NCBI GenBank assembly: GCA_038874655.1
Contig: JAVZBY010000006.1
Coordinates: 4,074-31,030 of the forward strand
Direction: 5' to 3'
Source: Candidatus Woesearchaeota archaeon
GTDB lineage: Archaea; Nanobdellota; Nanobdellia; Woesearchaeales; GW2011-AR15
DNA length: 26,957 bases
Position numbers and translations under genes: made by a program. This document shows positions 8,475-16,889 of the stretch, in pieces; positions within the stretch are counted from its first letter, which is position 1, and each line of letters starts with the position of its first letter. The notes under the pieces are model-generated. The model made no database searches, had not been told where the DNA came from, and worked only from the letters and a program-made list of their open reading frames with translations.

Positions 8475-10267
8475 TATAGGTCGCCCCTTCTTTTCAATAT
8501 ATATAACTCAAAAAAGGATACTAATATTGCTAAAATAACAAAAACATAAAATAATGAAATTTTTTCTTTTGATTTTTCAACATTTAAAGATGAGTAATCG
8601 CTATTCATTATCTTAATTTGATTTATATCTGACTCAAATGTATTCAATAGATTAACTGCAATTTCAATATCATCCAGTTTATAAAAACCTGTCTTTTCTA
8701 GAGTTAAGTAATTTTCAAAAATTTTACCATTTGGATCAACAATTTTATTTCCATAAATAGTTTCTGAAATTTTATAATTTAATTTAAAATTTTTTGAATT
8801 TATTAAATTTAAAACTTGAATCCAAAACAAAGGATATTGCGGACTATTTTTAAATTGGTTATTATTATCAAAAATTCCATAAAACAATATATTTCCTTTG
8901 CCATATTTTGTTAATACAATTATAGGGCTTCTAAATTTATCATTTGCCTCTGCTATAATAATACTATTATTATTAATTAATTCAGATTTGAAATACTTAT
9001 TAGACAAACCAAATTGAAAATCTTTTAACTCTGGAACATTATTGTTATTATAGATTATTATTTCCTGGTTTTGTAAATCTAAACTTAGAGGCAATAAATC
9101 TTCTAATTTATTAGTATCAATTTTTTCTTGTGCTGCTATTATCAAAGTAGAACCTTTTTCAACATTTTCTTTTATTTTTTCAATTGTTCCAGGTAATAAA
9201 TTATCATAATTAACATTATTTAATACTATTATTTTTTCATTTCCAAAATTAACTATTGGTGGTTCTTGTATCTTCAATGAAACAAAAGGCATTGACTCAA
9301 ATGCACTCTTAATAAATGATTTTTTTTGGTTTGTTATAAATAAAATGGAATTATCAGATTTTTTGGGTAATGAAACATATAAAATATCATCAACTTTAAA
9401 ATTATCATTTGTCTCAATTGTAATTTTATTTTTATCACTTTCTAAATTTAAGTTATATTTGATTATAGAAAAAGGTTTTATCAAAATTTTTTTATCATCA
9501 ATTCTTATTTCTTTTTCATTATTTCCAAAATTTTTTATTTCTAACTCTAAAAGATTGCCATTTAATTTATAATCTATAATTCCAACATTGTCTAAAAAAT
9601 GTTCTTGTTGCTCAAATCTCGGATTTAATAATTCCACATTCAATCCTTTAGCTTCAATAATATTTTTTGCTGTTAATATATCCTTATTATTGGTATCAAT
9701 AAAATCACTAACCACTATAATTTTTCCTTTTTGAATTAAGTTTGATGCAATTATCATAGAATCATAAATATTACTTAAACTATCACTTGGTTTTAAATTA
9801 TTTATTATATTATTAGCACTAACTATATTAACTTGTTTTGCAATTACCTCTGGACTATTTTTTGCCAAAACAATAGAATTGCTTAATCCTAATCTTTTTT
9901 TTGCTATATCTTTATAATAATCAAAAAGTATTTTATTGTTAAAAATTGTTTGAGAACTTGCTGAAGCATCTATTACAAAAACAACCTCTTCATTAATCTT
10001 TTTTACAAAAATTTCTGTTGATAAATCTAATATAGCTAAACATAATAAAACTATTAAAAATAATTGAATCAAAAAAAGCCAATCTTTAATAAATCTCTTA
10101 AAAAATAAAAAAAATTTATTTTTTCTATCATTCTTTTCTAAAAAAATTATACTAGGAACTGTTTTTTTTATTGGTTTTGGTTTCATAAAATACAAAATTA
10201 CTAAAACTAATATGAAAAAAAAAGAATAATAGCCTAATTCATTATTAACTTCAAAGGACAAAACCAT
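8474..10267 (-). CDS. BatA-N / vWA domain membrane protein
   Basis: BatA-like N-terminus (ILYFMKPKP..VPSIIFL), MIDAS DASAS, VVSDF, GATase-like region, AVNL..ESDI, C-terminal TM ending RRGDL. Confidence 0.87.
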   Translation of the reverse strand: MVLSFEVNNELGYYSFFFILVLVILYFMKPKPIKKTVPSIIFLEKNDRKNKFFLFFKRFIKDWLFLIQLFLIVLLCLAILDLSTEIFVKKINEEVVFVIDASASSQTIFNNKILFDYYKDIAKKRLGLSNSIVLAKNSPEVIAKQVNIVSANNIINNLKPSDSLSNIYDSMIIASNLIQKGKIIVVSDFIDTNNKDILTAKNIIEAKGLNVELLNPRFEQQEHFLDNVGIIDYKLNGNLLELEIKNFGNNEKEIRIDDKKILIKPFSIIKYNLNLESDKNKITIETNDNFKVDDILYVSLPKKSDNSILFITNQKKSFIKSAFESMPFVSLKIQEPPIVNFGNEKIIVLNNVNYDNLLPGTIEKIKENVEKGSTLIIAAQEKIDTNKLEDLLPLSLDLQNQEIIIYNNNNVPELKDFQFGLSNKYFKSELINNNSIIIAEANDKFRSPIIVLTKYGKGNILFYGIFDNNNQFKNSPQYPLFWIQVLNLINSKNFKLNYKISETIYGNKIVDPNGKIFENYLTLEKTGFYKLDDIEIAVNLLNTFESDINQIKIMNSDYSSLNVEKSKEKISLFYVFVILAILVSFFELYILKRRGDL

Positions 10268-10463
10268 AAATTTTTTGAATGATTTTTAGTTTAAATAAAT
10301 TGCTGTTATCAAATTCATTAAAAAATAAGATATAAGATAGTTATAAAAATAATAAATAACATATCAAAAAAAATATTTAACAAAAAACCATTATATTTTT
10401 AAACTCCAATTTCTAATCAATTAATAATTATTTATAACTTTTATTTATGCAAAATTATAAAAA

Positions 10464-11813
10464 ATGATAAATAAAAAAAATAATCTAAATCAAAAAAAAG
10501 ATAGTGTAAAAGTATGGCTTATTTCTGTAGATATGGGATATGGTCATCAAAGAGCAGCCTATCCTTTAAAAGAAATTGCATATCAAAGAATAATAACTGC
10601 AAACAACGATAAAATAATTTCACCTGAAGAAAGAAAAATTTGGGAAAACACAAGAAAACTTTATGAAACAATTTCTAGGTTAAAAACAATTCCAATAATC
10701 GGAAACTTTGTTTTTGGATTGTATGATAAATTTCAATATATTAGTCCTTTTTATCCTTTTAGGGATTTAAGCAAACCTGATTTTGAAACTTTAATTTTAA
10801 AAAATCAAATTCTAAAAAAAGGGCTTTGCAAAAGTTTAATTGACTACATAAAAAATAAAGAATTGCCTATAATTGCCACACATCCTGTTCCTGCTATTGC
10901 AGCTTATTATCATGGCTTAAAAAATATTTATTGTATAGCAACAGATACAGATATTGCAAGAGCATGGGTTATTGATAATCCTAAAGAAAATACAATAACT
11001 TATTTTGCTCCTTGCGTTCATGTCGCAGTTAGATTAAGAGAATATGGTATTTCTGAAGATAAAATTGTTTTAACTGGTTTTCCACTGCCAAAAGAAAATA
11101 TTGGAAAAAGTCAAAAAACAAAAGAAGTATTAAAAAAAGATTTAGCAAATAGATTATTTATACTAGACCCAAACAAAGTTTTTATAAATCAATATAAAGA
11201 AACAATAACAAAAAAAATTGGCAGAATTAGAGAAATTAAAAGGCCTCTAACAATAATGTATGCTGTTGGCGGTGCTGGTTCTTTAATTGAAGTTGGCTCT
11301 AAAATTTTAAAATCATTAAAAGAAAAGATAATCTCAAATGAAATTAGAATCATCCTATCAGCTGGAATAAGACTACATGTCAGAAGTTATTATGAAAAAA
11401 TTGTTAATGAAATTGGCTTAAAAGAATATTTAGATAAAAATATAATTATCTTGTTTGAACTCTCAAAAAAAGACTATTTTGAAAAATTTAACAAACTATT
11501 AAGAGAAACAGATATATTATGGACAAAACCAAGCGAATTATCCTTTTATTGCGGCTTAGGTTTACCAATAATTATAGCACCACCAATAGGATATCATGAA
11601 AACTATAATAAAGAATGGCTTTTAAATTTAGGCGCTGGCTTTATCCAAGAAAATCCTGATTATTGTGTTGATTGGCTTTTTTATTGGCTTCAAGATGGAA
11701 GATTAGCAAAAGCAGCATGGCAAGGCTTTATTGATGCACCAAACACAGGAACATATCTTATTGAAGATTACATAAAAAATAACTATTTTAAAAATCAAAA
11801 TAATAGAAAATAA
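10464..11813 (+). CDS. GT-B glycosyltransferase, MGDG synthase/UgtP-like
   Basis: MGYGHQRAA, IIATHP, IATD, TGFP, GGAG, WTKPSE, GLPII and HENYN motifs. Confidence 0.8.
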   Translation: MINKKNNLNQKKDSVKVWLISVDMGYGHQRAAYPLKEIAYQRIITANNDKIISPEERKIWENTRKLYETISRLKTIPIIGNFVFGLYDKFQYISPFYPFRDLSKPDFETLILKNQILKKGLCKSLIDYIKNKELPIIATHPVPAIAAYYHGLKNIYCIATDTDIARAWVIDNPKENTITYFAPCVHVAVRLREYGISEDKIVLTGFPLPKENIGKSQKTKEVLKKDLANRLFILDPNKVFINQYKETITKKIGRIREIKRPLTIMYAVGGAGSLIEVGSKILKSLKEKIISNEIRIILSAGIRLHVRSYYEKIVNEIGLKEYLDKNIIILFELSKKDYFEKFNKLLRETDILWTKPSELSFYCGLGLPIIIAPPIGYHENYNKEWLLNLGAGFIQENPDYCVDWLFYWLQDGRLAKAAWQGFIDAPNTGTYLIEDYIKNNYFKNQNNRK

Positions 11814-11835
11814 AAAAATAAAAAAAAAGATAAAA

Positions 11836-12483
11836 TTATTCAAACAACTTTCCTACATCAGGTGCATTTTCACTTCCTTTCTGAGCTTCAAAATACTCTT
11901 TTTGTTTAAATCCATAGATATTTGCTATAATATTTGAAGGAAAAAACCTTATTTTTTGATTAAATTCTTTAACTGCATTGTTATATAAATCCCTTTCAAC
12001 CTTGATTCTGTTTTCTGTTCCTTCTAATTGTGCTTGTAAATCCAAATAATTTTGATTTGCTTTTAAGTCAGGATAATTCTCAACAATAACCAATAATCTT
12101 GATAATGCTGAATTTAATTCTTGATCAGCATTTGCTAATTCTTGCGGTGTTTTAGCAGAACCAATTGAGGCTCTTGCTCTTGTTATTTCTGTCAATACTT
12201 CTCCCTCGTAATTACTATATTTTTTAACAGTTGCAACTAAATTTGGGATTAAATCTGCTCTTCTTTGATATGCTGATTGTACATTAGCCCATCTTTGGTT
12301 AACACCTTCTTCTAATGAAACTAAACTATTATAAGTTGACATAAAAAACAAACCTATAAAAACAAAAAAAACAACAACACCTAATAATACAAAAATCCCT
12401 GTTTTATTTGAACCTTTTTCATTTTTTTCTTCTATCTTCGCTTCATTTGAATTAATTTCTTTTTTATCTTCATTTTTTTTCAT
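11836..12483 (-). CDS. lemA: LemA family protein
   Basis: One TM; YQRRADLIPNLV, ENYPDLKAN, TENRI, YN and FPSNIIA motifs; SD GGAGGT. Confidence 0.96.
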   Translation of the reverse strand: MKKNEDKKEINSNEAKIEEKNEKGSNKTGIFVLLGVVVFFVFIGLFFMSTYNSLVSLEEGVNQRWANVQSAYQRRADLIPNLVATVKKYSNYEGEVLTEITRARASIGSAKTPQELANADQELNSALSRLLVIVENYPDLKANQNYLDLQAQLEGTENRIKVERDLYNNAVKEFNQKIRFFPSNIIANIYGFKQKEYFEAQKGSENAPDVGKLFE

Positions 12484-12539
12484 TTTAAACCTCCTTTTCC
12501 ATAAATTAAAAAAATATATTTTATTTTTAACATAGGGGA

Positions 12540-12794
12540 TTATTTATTTTTAAAATGATTTTTTGACATCTCAATTAATTTATTAACTTCATTATTATCT
12601 AACCACATACCATTGCATTTTTTACAAACATCAATTATTATATCGTTCTTTTTAAGTTTTCTCATTTTTACTTTACATCTTGGACAGTCTAATAAAATTT
12701 CACCATAAAGCTTCTTTACCTCCTTATTTCCATTATCTTTTTTGTCATTAGTCTCATCTTTTTTAAACATATTTCTTAAAAAATTAAAACACAT
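12540..12794 (-). CDS. zf-TFIIB-like zinc-ribbon protein (84 aa)
   Basis: CPRC...IDVCKKCNGMWLD motif. Start moved to ATG 12794, one nt after the TPM gene stop. Confidence 0.82.
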   Translation of the reverse strand: MCFNFLRNMFKKDETNDKKDNGNKEVKKLYGEILLDCPRCKVKMRKLKKNDIIIDVCKKCNGMWLDNNEVNKLIEMSKNHFKNK

Positions 12795-12795
12795 A

Positions 12796-13578
12796 TTACC
12801 ACCTCCCTGAAAAACCTCCACCACCAAAAGAACCTCCTCCAAAACCACCAAAACCTCCTCTGCCTTTAAAATTATCATTATTTAAAATTGTTCCTAACAT
12901 AAATCCACTCACAAAATAATCTTCATCTCTTTTTTTTATAGATTTATTAGATTTATTAACAAAAATAAGTATTAAAATGACCATAAAAATTAATCCAAAA
13001 AATATCATAAATGCATATTTTTCAGAATTATCTTTTTTCATAAATTCTTTATAGTATAAAGATTCTGTGTTATTAAATAAAAAATCTCTTATTGCTATGC
13101 TTGAATCTAAAATTCCTTGTCCATATTGAAAATTTCTAAAATTTGGTTCTAATATATTTCTTCCTATTCTTGCCACTATAACATCAGGCAGCAATGGTTC
13201 TAATCCTCTTCCAACTTCAAACCTATATTTTCTATCTTGTAATGCTATTAATAAAAGTAAGCCATTATTTTTCTCTTTATTACCTAATCTTCCTTCTGCC
13301 AAATTATATGAAAAAGACTCTATGTCATAACCTTCTAATGAATCAACTATTACAACAGAATATTCTGCAATACCAGAATCATAAATCTCTTTTAAAACAT
13401 TTTCTATATTTGAAATTTCCTCATAACTTAATAAATTGGAGTAATCATTAACAAAAGAATTTAATTTATATTTTTCTCTAATTTCTTCATATTGTGCATT
13501 AGATTTAAGAATAAATAAACAAAAAATCAAAATAAAAATAACTTTAAAATAAAAATTTGATTGCCTTAAAAACACCAT
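12796..13578 (-). CDS. TPM domain protein (YgcG-like)
   Basis: Signal peptide, VNDY, NNGLLLLIA, RFEVGRGLE, a TM helix and a Gly-rich tail ending GGGFSGRW. Confidence 0.93.
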   Translation of the reverse strand: MVFLRQSNFYFKVIFILIFCLFILKSNAQYEEIREKYKLNSFVNDYSNLLSYEEISNIENVLKEIYDSGIAEYSVVIVDSLEGYDIESFSYNLAEGRLGNKEKNNGLLLLIALQDRKYRFEVGRGLEPLLPDVIVARIGRNILEPNFRNFQYGQGILDSSIAIRDFLFNNTESLYYKEFMKKDNSEKYAFMIFFGLIFMVILILIFVNKSNKSIKKRDEDYFVSGFMLGTILNNDNFKGRGGFGGFGGGSFGGGGFSGRW

Positions 13579-13768
13579 ATCCTATTTAAAATAGTTTAAC
13601 TATATTAATCTTCTGCATAAGTTTTCCCTAGATCAATTTTAAATCAAAGAAAATTAAGTTAAAAAATTATAAAAAAAGCATATCTTAAAAAAAGGCCTAA
13701 AAAAAGAAAAAAAATAAGAAAGATATAAAATTAAAGTCATATTCTCCTTACTATAGGAGGAAGATTAT

Positions 13769-14539
13769 ATGTGTTATATGAAAAATAAAAATAATAATCC
13801 AACTGATAAACAAAAAAATCATAATGAAACTAATAATAACAAAACAAACTTAATTAGAATCCAAAAACTAATTTCAAATTATGGTTATTGTTCAAGAAGA
13901 AAAGCCGAAGAATTAATCAAAAAAGGTTTAGTGAAAGTAAATGATAAAATAGTAAGATTAGGTGATAAAGCAACAGAAAATGATGAGATTTTTATTAATG
14001 GAAAAAAAATTGAAAAGAAAAATCAAAAAAAGATTTACATTTTACTAAATAAGCCATTTGGCTATACTACTTCTATGTCAGACCCACATGAAAAAAAATT
14101 GGTTAAAGATTTAATAAAAATAAAAGAAAGAATTTTCCCAATTGGTAGATTAGATAAATGGACTTCTGGCATGCTTATACTAACAAATGATGGTTTATTT
14201 GCCAATAAAGTAATGCATCCTAAAAATAAAATAAAAAAAACCTACTATGTTAAAGTTGATAAAAACATTAATGATTCACACTTAAATAGTTTAAACGGAA
14301 TTGACATAGACGGCAGAAAAGTTGAAGCACAATTAAAAAGGCTCTCTCAAAATGAATTTGAAATTACTATACATGAAGGCAGAAACAGAATCATAAGAAG
14401 AATGTTAGAAAAAATTGGTTACAAAGTGAAGGTTTTAATTAGAATTAAAATTGGAAATTTAGAATTAGGCCACCTAAAACCTGGATATTGGAGATTTTTA
14501 AAAGAAAAGGATTTAGATATGATATTTTCCAAAAATTAG
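13769..14539 (+). CDS. RsuA/RluB/RluF-family rRNA pseudouridine synthase
   Basis: S4 domain (RIQK..CSRRKAEELI), LNKP, catalytic GRLD, TNDG, KTYYV and EGRNR..RRM motifs; SD GGAGG. Confidence 0.95.
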   Translation: MCYMKNKNNNPTDKQKNHNETNNNKTNLIRIQKLISNYGYCSRRKAEELIKKGLVKVNDKIVRLGDKATENDEIFINGKKIEKKNQKKIYILLNKPFGYTTSMSDPHEKKLVKDLIKIKERIFPIGRLDKWTSGMLILTNDGLFANKVMHPKNKIKKTYYVKVDKNINDSHLNSLNGIDIDGRKVEAQLKRLSQNEFEITIHEGRNRIIRRMLEKIGYKVKVLIRIKIGNLELGHLKPGYWRFLKEKDLDMIFSKN

Positions 14540-14633
14540 CCATATATTAGAAACTCTGTTTTTAAATAAATTTAATAATTTATAATTTTTTATAATTTTA
14601 AGAAAAATAGAAAATTTGATAACTTTGATAAAA

Positions 14634-15098
14634 ATGAATAATAAACCAAAAAAAACAATAATCCTAGACACAAACTTTCTATTAATCCCCTTTACTTTGA
14701 AAGTAGATATTTTTTCAGAGATAGATAAAATCCTTAATTTTCCATATGAGTTCGTGGTTTTAGAGCAAACAATAGAGGAATTAAAAAAAATAATTAAAAA
14801 CAAGGAAGAAAAAGGAAAAAACAAACAGGCTGCAAAAATGGCTTTAAAATTAATTAGTCAAAAAATTGAAAAAAAAGAACTAAAAAAAGTTAATTTTATA
14901 AATCCTAAACAAAAAACTTTATATAAGGATATAAATTCCAAAGATGTTATTGTAGATGACATTATTTTAGAGTATATTGATAAAAATACAATTGTAGCAA
15001 CACAAGACAAAAATTTAAAAAAAAAATTGTTAAATAAAGGCATAACAACTATTTACTTAAAAAATAAAAAAATAATGGAGATGCAAAATGTTCTATAA
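14634..15098 (+). CDS. PIN-domain protein (Fcf1/Utp24-like)
   Basis: ILDTNFL, EEL, VDD and VATQD acidic motifs; conserved archaeal position upstream of rpoE'. ATG 14634 preferred over TTG 14616. Confidence 0.88.
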   Translation: MNNKPKKTIILDTNFLLIPFTLKVDIFSEIDKILNFPYEFVVLEQTIEELKKIIKNKEEKGKNKQAAKMALKLISQKIEKKELKKVNFINPKQKTLYKDINSKDVIVDDIILEYIDKNTIVATQDKNLKKKLLNKGITTIYLKNKKIMEMQNVL

Positions 15099-15654
15099 AA
15101 TTGTTGTAAAAGACCATATAAGAGTTCATCCAAAACTTTTTGATAAACCTGTTGAGGAAGCATTACTTACACAAATAAAAGCAAACTATGATAGCTTTAT
15201 TTCAAAAGACATGGGTGTTGTAATAGATGTTCTATCTGTTGATGAGATAAGTGAAGGAAAAGTAATTCAAGGAGATGGCTCTGCTTATTATGAAACTACC
15301 TTTACTTTATTGACATTAAAACCTGAACTACAAGAAGTCATTACTGGACAAATAAAAGATATAACTGATTTTGGTGCCTTTATAACAATGGGTCCTATAG
15401 AAGGAATGATTCATGTTTCACAAACTATGGACGATTTTGTCTCATTTAGTAAAGATAAAGTATTATTAGGCAAAGATTCAAAAAAATCTTTAAAAATAGG
15501 TGATAAATGCAGAGCAAGAGTTATTGCAGTAAGCTATAAAGATATAACAAATCCAAAGTTTGGTTTAACTATGAGACAAAAAGGTTTAGGCAAGCTTGAA
15601 TGGATTCCTGAAGATTTAAATCCAAAAAAGGGTGATAAAAATAATAAAGATTGA
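15088..15654 (+). CDS. rpoE1: RNA polymerase subunit Rpo7 (E')
   Basis: DHIRVHP, GDGSAY, S1 domain FGAFITMGPIEGMIHVSQ and LTMRQKGLGKLEW. Confidence 0.96.
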   Translation: MFYKIVVKDHIRVHPKLFDKPVEEALLTQIKANYDSFISKDMGVVIDVLSVDEISEGKVIQGDGSAYYETTFTLLTLKPELQEVITGQIKDITDFGAFITMGPIEGMIHVSQTMDDFVSFSKDKVLLGKDSKKSLKIGDKCRARVIAVSYKDITNPKFGLTMRQKGLGKLEWIPEDLNPKKGDKNNKD

Positions 15655-16012
15655 AGATTGGATGTCTAAACCAGTTAAAAAAATAACAAAAGACATTACT
15701 ATTAGAGAAGCTGTAAAAATAATGGATGAAAATAATATTGGCATACTTCCAGTTGTGGAAAACGAGAAACCTATAGGTGTAATAACTGAAAGAGATATTT
15801 TAAGAAGAGTTGTCGCAAAAAATCAGAGTTTAGATACAAAAGTAGAAACAATTATGACAAAAAATCCTGTCACGATTGAACATGATGCAACTATATTAGA
15901 AGCAACAAGATTAATGTCTGAAAATAGTTTTAGACACTTATTAGTCTTAAAAAACGGCAAACTTGTTGGAATAGTAACTGCAAAAGATGTTATTGAAGTG
16001 TTAAGTGCATAA
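15632..16012 (+). CDS. Stand-alone CBS-pair protein (start uncertain)
   Basis: Two CBS repeats: MSKPV..IGILPVV..GVITERD and MTKNPV..RHLLV..GIVTAKD. Confidence 0.92.
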   Translation: MIKIIKIEDWMSKPVKKITKDITIREAVKIMDENNIGILPVVENEKPIGVITERDILRRVVAKNQSLDTKVETIMTKNPVTIEHDATILEATRLMSENSFRHLLVLKNGKLVGIVTAKDVIEVLSA

Positions 16013-16057
16013 TTGATTTTAGATGTATTTTATAATCTTTTTAATTAGGTGGAATTA

Positions 16058-16246
16058 ATGGTAAAAGAAAAAGTCTGTAAAAACTGTAAAATTTTTGTTG
16101 AAGGTGAGCAATGTCCCATATGTAAAGAGAGTAATTTTACTAACACCTATCAAGGAAAATTATATATTATTGACGCTAATAAATCCTTTATTGCACAACA
16201 GCTTGAAATAAAGGAAAAAGGAAAATATGCAATAAAAATAAGATAA
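16058..16246 (+). CDS. spt4: Transcription elongation factor Spt4 (RpoE'')
   Basis: CKNC..CPIC zinc site, SFIA and GKYAIKIR. AGGTGG SD supports ATG 16058. Confidence 0.93.
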   Translation: MVKEKVCKNCKIFVEGEQCPICKESNFTNTYQGKLYIIDANKSFIAQQLEIKEKGKYAIKIR

Positions 16247-16277
16247 CTTCCCATTTTAAAAAACAAAGGGTGATAAA

Positions 16278-16571
16278 ATGGAATTACACTTATTAAAAGA
16301 AAAAGAAATGAAATTATTATCAAGGAAAAGAGTTTCTTTAGAAGTAGATAGTAAAGCAACACCTTCGAGATTAGAACTTATAAAAGAAATATCTAAAAAA
16401 CTAAATCATCCTGAAGACTTAATTGTTATTAAACATATTTATCCTCAATTTGGAAAAAACAAAGCTAAGGTAATAGCACATCTATATCAAGATAAAGAAA
16501 AAATGAAAATCTTTGAACTCAAAGAATTATTAGACAAACATAAACCAAAAGAAGAGAAAAAAGAACAATAA
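16278..16571 (+). CDS. rps24e: 30S ribosomal protein eS24
   Basis: LLSRK, ATPSR and FG..A..Y motifs; GGTGA SD; operon position. Confidence 0.92.
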   Translation: MELHLLKEKEMKLLSRKRVSLEVDSKATPSRLELIKEISKKLNHPEDLIVIKHIYPQFGKNKAKVIAHLYQDKEKMKIFELKELLDKHKPKEEKKEQ

Positions 16572-16611
16572 ATAAAAATAAAAAACTTAAAAATCAGAGG
16601 AGTTGATAATT

Positions 16612-16788
16612 ATGGCTGATAAAAAAGGAAGTAGAAAAAACAGAAAAGTCGTCCAAATAAGTAAGCTTTATGTAAATGGAAAACCAAAAAATAAGACATG
16701 TCCAAAATGTGGCCCCGGTGTTTTTATGGCTGAACATAAAAATAGAATTTCTTGCGGTAAATGCGGCTATACAGAATTTAAAAAATAA
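16612..16788 (+). CDS. rps27ae: 30S ribosomal protein eS31 (S27ae)
   Basis: [26 protein letters not shown]; SD GAGGAG supports ATG 16612. Confidence 0.95.
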   Translation: MADKKGSRKNRKVVQISKLYVNGKPKNKTCPKCGPGVFMAEHKNRISCGKCGYTEFKK

Positions 16789-16889
16789 AATAAAAAAAAT
16801 TTTACAAAATAATTCTTTAATTTTTTATTGTAAAATTTTTTCAATTATTATAAAAGAAAAATTATAAAAGAAAATAATTTAACTAAGAT

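Noticed and set aside
12795-12878. N-terminal extension of the Zn-ribbon ORF and the GGN-rich repeats
   Set aside because: This is the Gly-rich tail of the TPM gene read in another frame.
13591-13603. Palindrome ATAGTT-T-AACTAT upstream of the TPM gene
   Set aside because: Could be an operator, but it is short, AT-rich, single-copy and no regulator is nearby.
13654-13740. 28-aa hydrophobic minus-strand ORF (MTLILYLSYFF...)
   Set aside because: Hydrophobicity follows from poly-T tracts and the SD-like motif is only 3 nt from the ATG.
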